A stretch of 5,885 bases of DNA. Origin: an uncultured Gammaproteobacteria bacterium. GTDB taxonomy: Bacteria > Patescibacteriota > Patescibacteriia > UBA2591 > UBA6264. Within the stretch, counting starts at the first letter, position 1; each line of letters starts with the position of its first letter. A program made the position numbers and the translations under genes. Below are positions 5,012 to 5,885 of this stretch, one piece after another. Below the pieces are notes generated by a model that did no database searches, was not told the origin of the DNA, and saw only the letters and a list, made by a program, of their open reading frames with translations. Location: NCBI GenBank assembly GCA_964617525.1, contig CAZTWG010000042.1:1-5885 (forward strand), read 5' to 3'.

Positions 5012-5702
5012 GGAGCAAACAACCCCTGAGGTCATTGCTAGAGAATATACGCAACATAATTGTCTATCCGAGTTATATAGATTAAAAGGATCCGAAAATC
5101 TTTTATTCAAAGGAGGGACTGCTTTGAGAATTATATATCAAAGCCCGAGATTTTCTGAAGACTTAGATTTTACGGGCACTAAAGGCATTAGTTATTACGA
5201 AATTGAAAATATTTTAACTAACATGTTAAAAAATTTATCTAACTGGGGTTTTAAAATTAATATCAATGAAGCAAAAAAAACAACTGGTGGATATTTAATT
5301 AAAACAATATTATCATTTTTAACATTTAAGATATTGCTTAAAATGGAAATATCTTTTCGTCAGAGCAGACAAAAAATTATAAAAGAAATTTCAAGCATTA
5401 CAAATGAATATATTCCTAATTATAACATTATTCATCTTCCTCAAGAAGAAATAATAAATGGGAAAATAAGCGCTTTACTTGCCAGGTCTAAGCCCCGTGA
5501 TTGGTATGACCTTTATTTCTTTCTTCGCCAGGGAATGCGGACCCCTAAACAAAAAAAGGTATTGCCAGAGATTCTGTCTATGCTGGCAAAAATAAAAATG
5601 GACTTTAAAAAAGAATTAAAAGAATTCCTCCCTTATAGCCATCAAATGATTATCAAAGATTTTAGGAATATTTTATTAACAGAAATTAAAAAAAATTATT
5701 GA
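4974..5702 (+). CDS. abiEii: AbiEii/AbiGii-family nucleotidyltransferase toxin (DUF1814)
   Basis: 242 aa. LLFKGGTALRIIYQSPRFSEDLDFTG carries the GG.AL and S.DLDF Pol-beta-type NTase motifs. KPRDWYDLYFFL matches the conserved RD.YDL motif. ATG 4974 overlaps abiEi by 38 nt. The N-terminal PEVIAREYTQHNCLSEL resembles the family's E.IEKDY segment. Confidence 0.9.
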   Translation: MIKAEEIKRLSIREQTTPEVIAREYTQHNCLSELYRLKGSENLLFKGGTALRIIYQSPRFSEDLDFTGTKGISYYEIENILTNMLKNLSNWGFKININEAKKTTGGYLIKTILSFLTFKILLKMEISFRQSRQKIIKEISSITNEYIPNYNIIHLPQEEIINGKISALLARSKPRDWYDLYFFLRQGMRTPKQKKVLPEILSMLAKIKMDFKKELKEFLPYSHQMIIKDFRNILLTEIKKNY

Positions 5703-5711
5703 GTACAAGAT

Positions 5712-5806
5712 GGAGGAGAGTATTTGGGTAATCGGGTACTTAGGGATTAGGTAATTAGGATTTTAAGATGTCAACGTCAGACGTTTCCCCGTCGCTACTC
5801 TCCTCT
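5712..5806 (+). other. Long-range helix enclosing a G/T-rich, C-poor segment (candidate structured RNA or leader)
   Basis: GGAGGAGAGTA (5712-5722) pairs with TACTCTCCTCT (5796-5806): 10 Watson-Crick pairs plus 1 G-U. The enclosed 5723-5766 has only two C residues and contains degenerate TTAGG-like iterations. Confidence 0.35.
5773..5785. promoter_or_regulatory. Perfect 13-bp palindrome AACGTCAGACGTT (candidate operator or RNA helix arm)
   Basis: Left arm AACGTC and right arm GACGTT are exact reverse complements around a central A. The palindrome is complementary at 12/13 positions to 5809-5821. Confidence 0.5.
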
Positions 5807-5824
5807 TTAACGACTGACGTTTTA
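5807..5824. repeat. Copy B of the exact 18-nt repeat TTAACGACTGACGTTTTA (copy A at 1350-1367)
   Basis: Exact 18/18 match in the same orientation. It is followed by A8, and ATG 5834 is about 10 nt downstream. Confidence 0.9.
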
Positions 5825-5833
5825 AAAAAAATA

Positions 5834-5885
5834 ATGAAAGTAAAAAAAATACCATTTAAGGAATATAAGAGAATCTATTCAACTG
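5834..5885 (+). CDS. 5' end of an unidentified ORF (MKVKKIPFKEYKRIYST...), truncated by the window edge
   Basis: ATG at 5834, with 17 open codons to the window end. It follows a 131-nt spacer in the same orientation as all other genes. Too short to assign a family. Confidence 0.35.
   Translation, partial: MKVKKIPFKEYKRIYST

Noticed and set aside
5741-5760. TTAGGG / ATTAGG iterations resembling telomeric or microsatellite repeats
   Set aside because: There are only about three degenerate units with irregular spacing. They are more simply part of the C-poor strand of the structured spacer.
5712-5806. tRNA or tRNA-like gene, suggested by the terminal helix
   Set aside because: The terminal helix is 10-11 bp, not 7. 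There is no GTTCRA T-loop, no D-arm, no anticodon arm, and no plausible cloverleaf spacing.
1350-5824. The 18-nt direct repeats as attL/attR, or as integron-cassette (attC) boundaries, of a 4.46-kb inserted element
   Set aside because: There is no integrase or recombinase between or beside them in the window. The bracketed segment would include the dehydratase gene, which is functionally paired with the aminotransferase outside it. The sequences do not fit the attC core (GTTRRRY / RYYYAAC). I keep this only as a low-probability alternative in the findings.
1-5885. Alternative genetic code with TGA as a sense codon (code 4 or 25), suggested by the TGA-only stops at 1091-1360
   Set aside because: Four full-length conserved-family genes and the partial aminotransferase, about 1,650 codons in total, contain no in-frame TGA at all. 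The aminotransferase and AbiEii end at TGA at lengths typical of their families. A TGA-sense organism would be expected to use TGA internally.

Overview
AT-rich bacterial window (about one-third G+C by eye). Every gene I can support is on the + strand. Left half: a nucleotide-sugar modification pair, namely a 5'-truncated DegT/DnrJ/EryC1/StrS PLP aminotransferase (1-1093) and a membrane-anchored PglF/CapD/WbpM-type UDP-sugar 4,6-dehydratase (1430-3286). Right half: accessory, mobilome-type genes. First comes an AntA-domain phage antirepressor-like protein (3369-4076) whose apparent N-terminus lies in another frame (3304-3372), then a translationally coupled 41-codon ORF (4076-4201). After an intrinsic terminator and a good sigma70-like promoter comes an AbiEi/AbiEii type IV toxin-antitoxin / abortive-infection pair (4367-5011, 4974-5702). 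The window ends with the first 17 codons of another ORF (5834-5885). The most unusual content is non-coding. The three long spacers (1094-1429, 4202-4366, 5703-5833) are locally GC-enriched, hairpin-rich and share short sequence modules: an exact 18-nt repeat, a 13-nt dyad family AACGWCNGACGTT, and an inverted ~33-nt element. No standard feature type explains these. I see no rRNA, tRNA, CRISPR array, transposase or integrase. All family assignments come from motif recognition by eye; no database search or folding computation was run.
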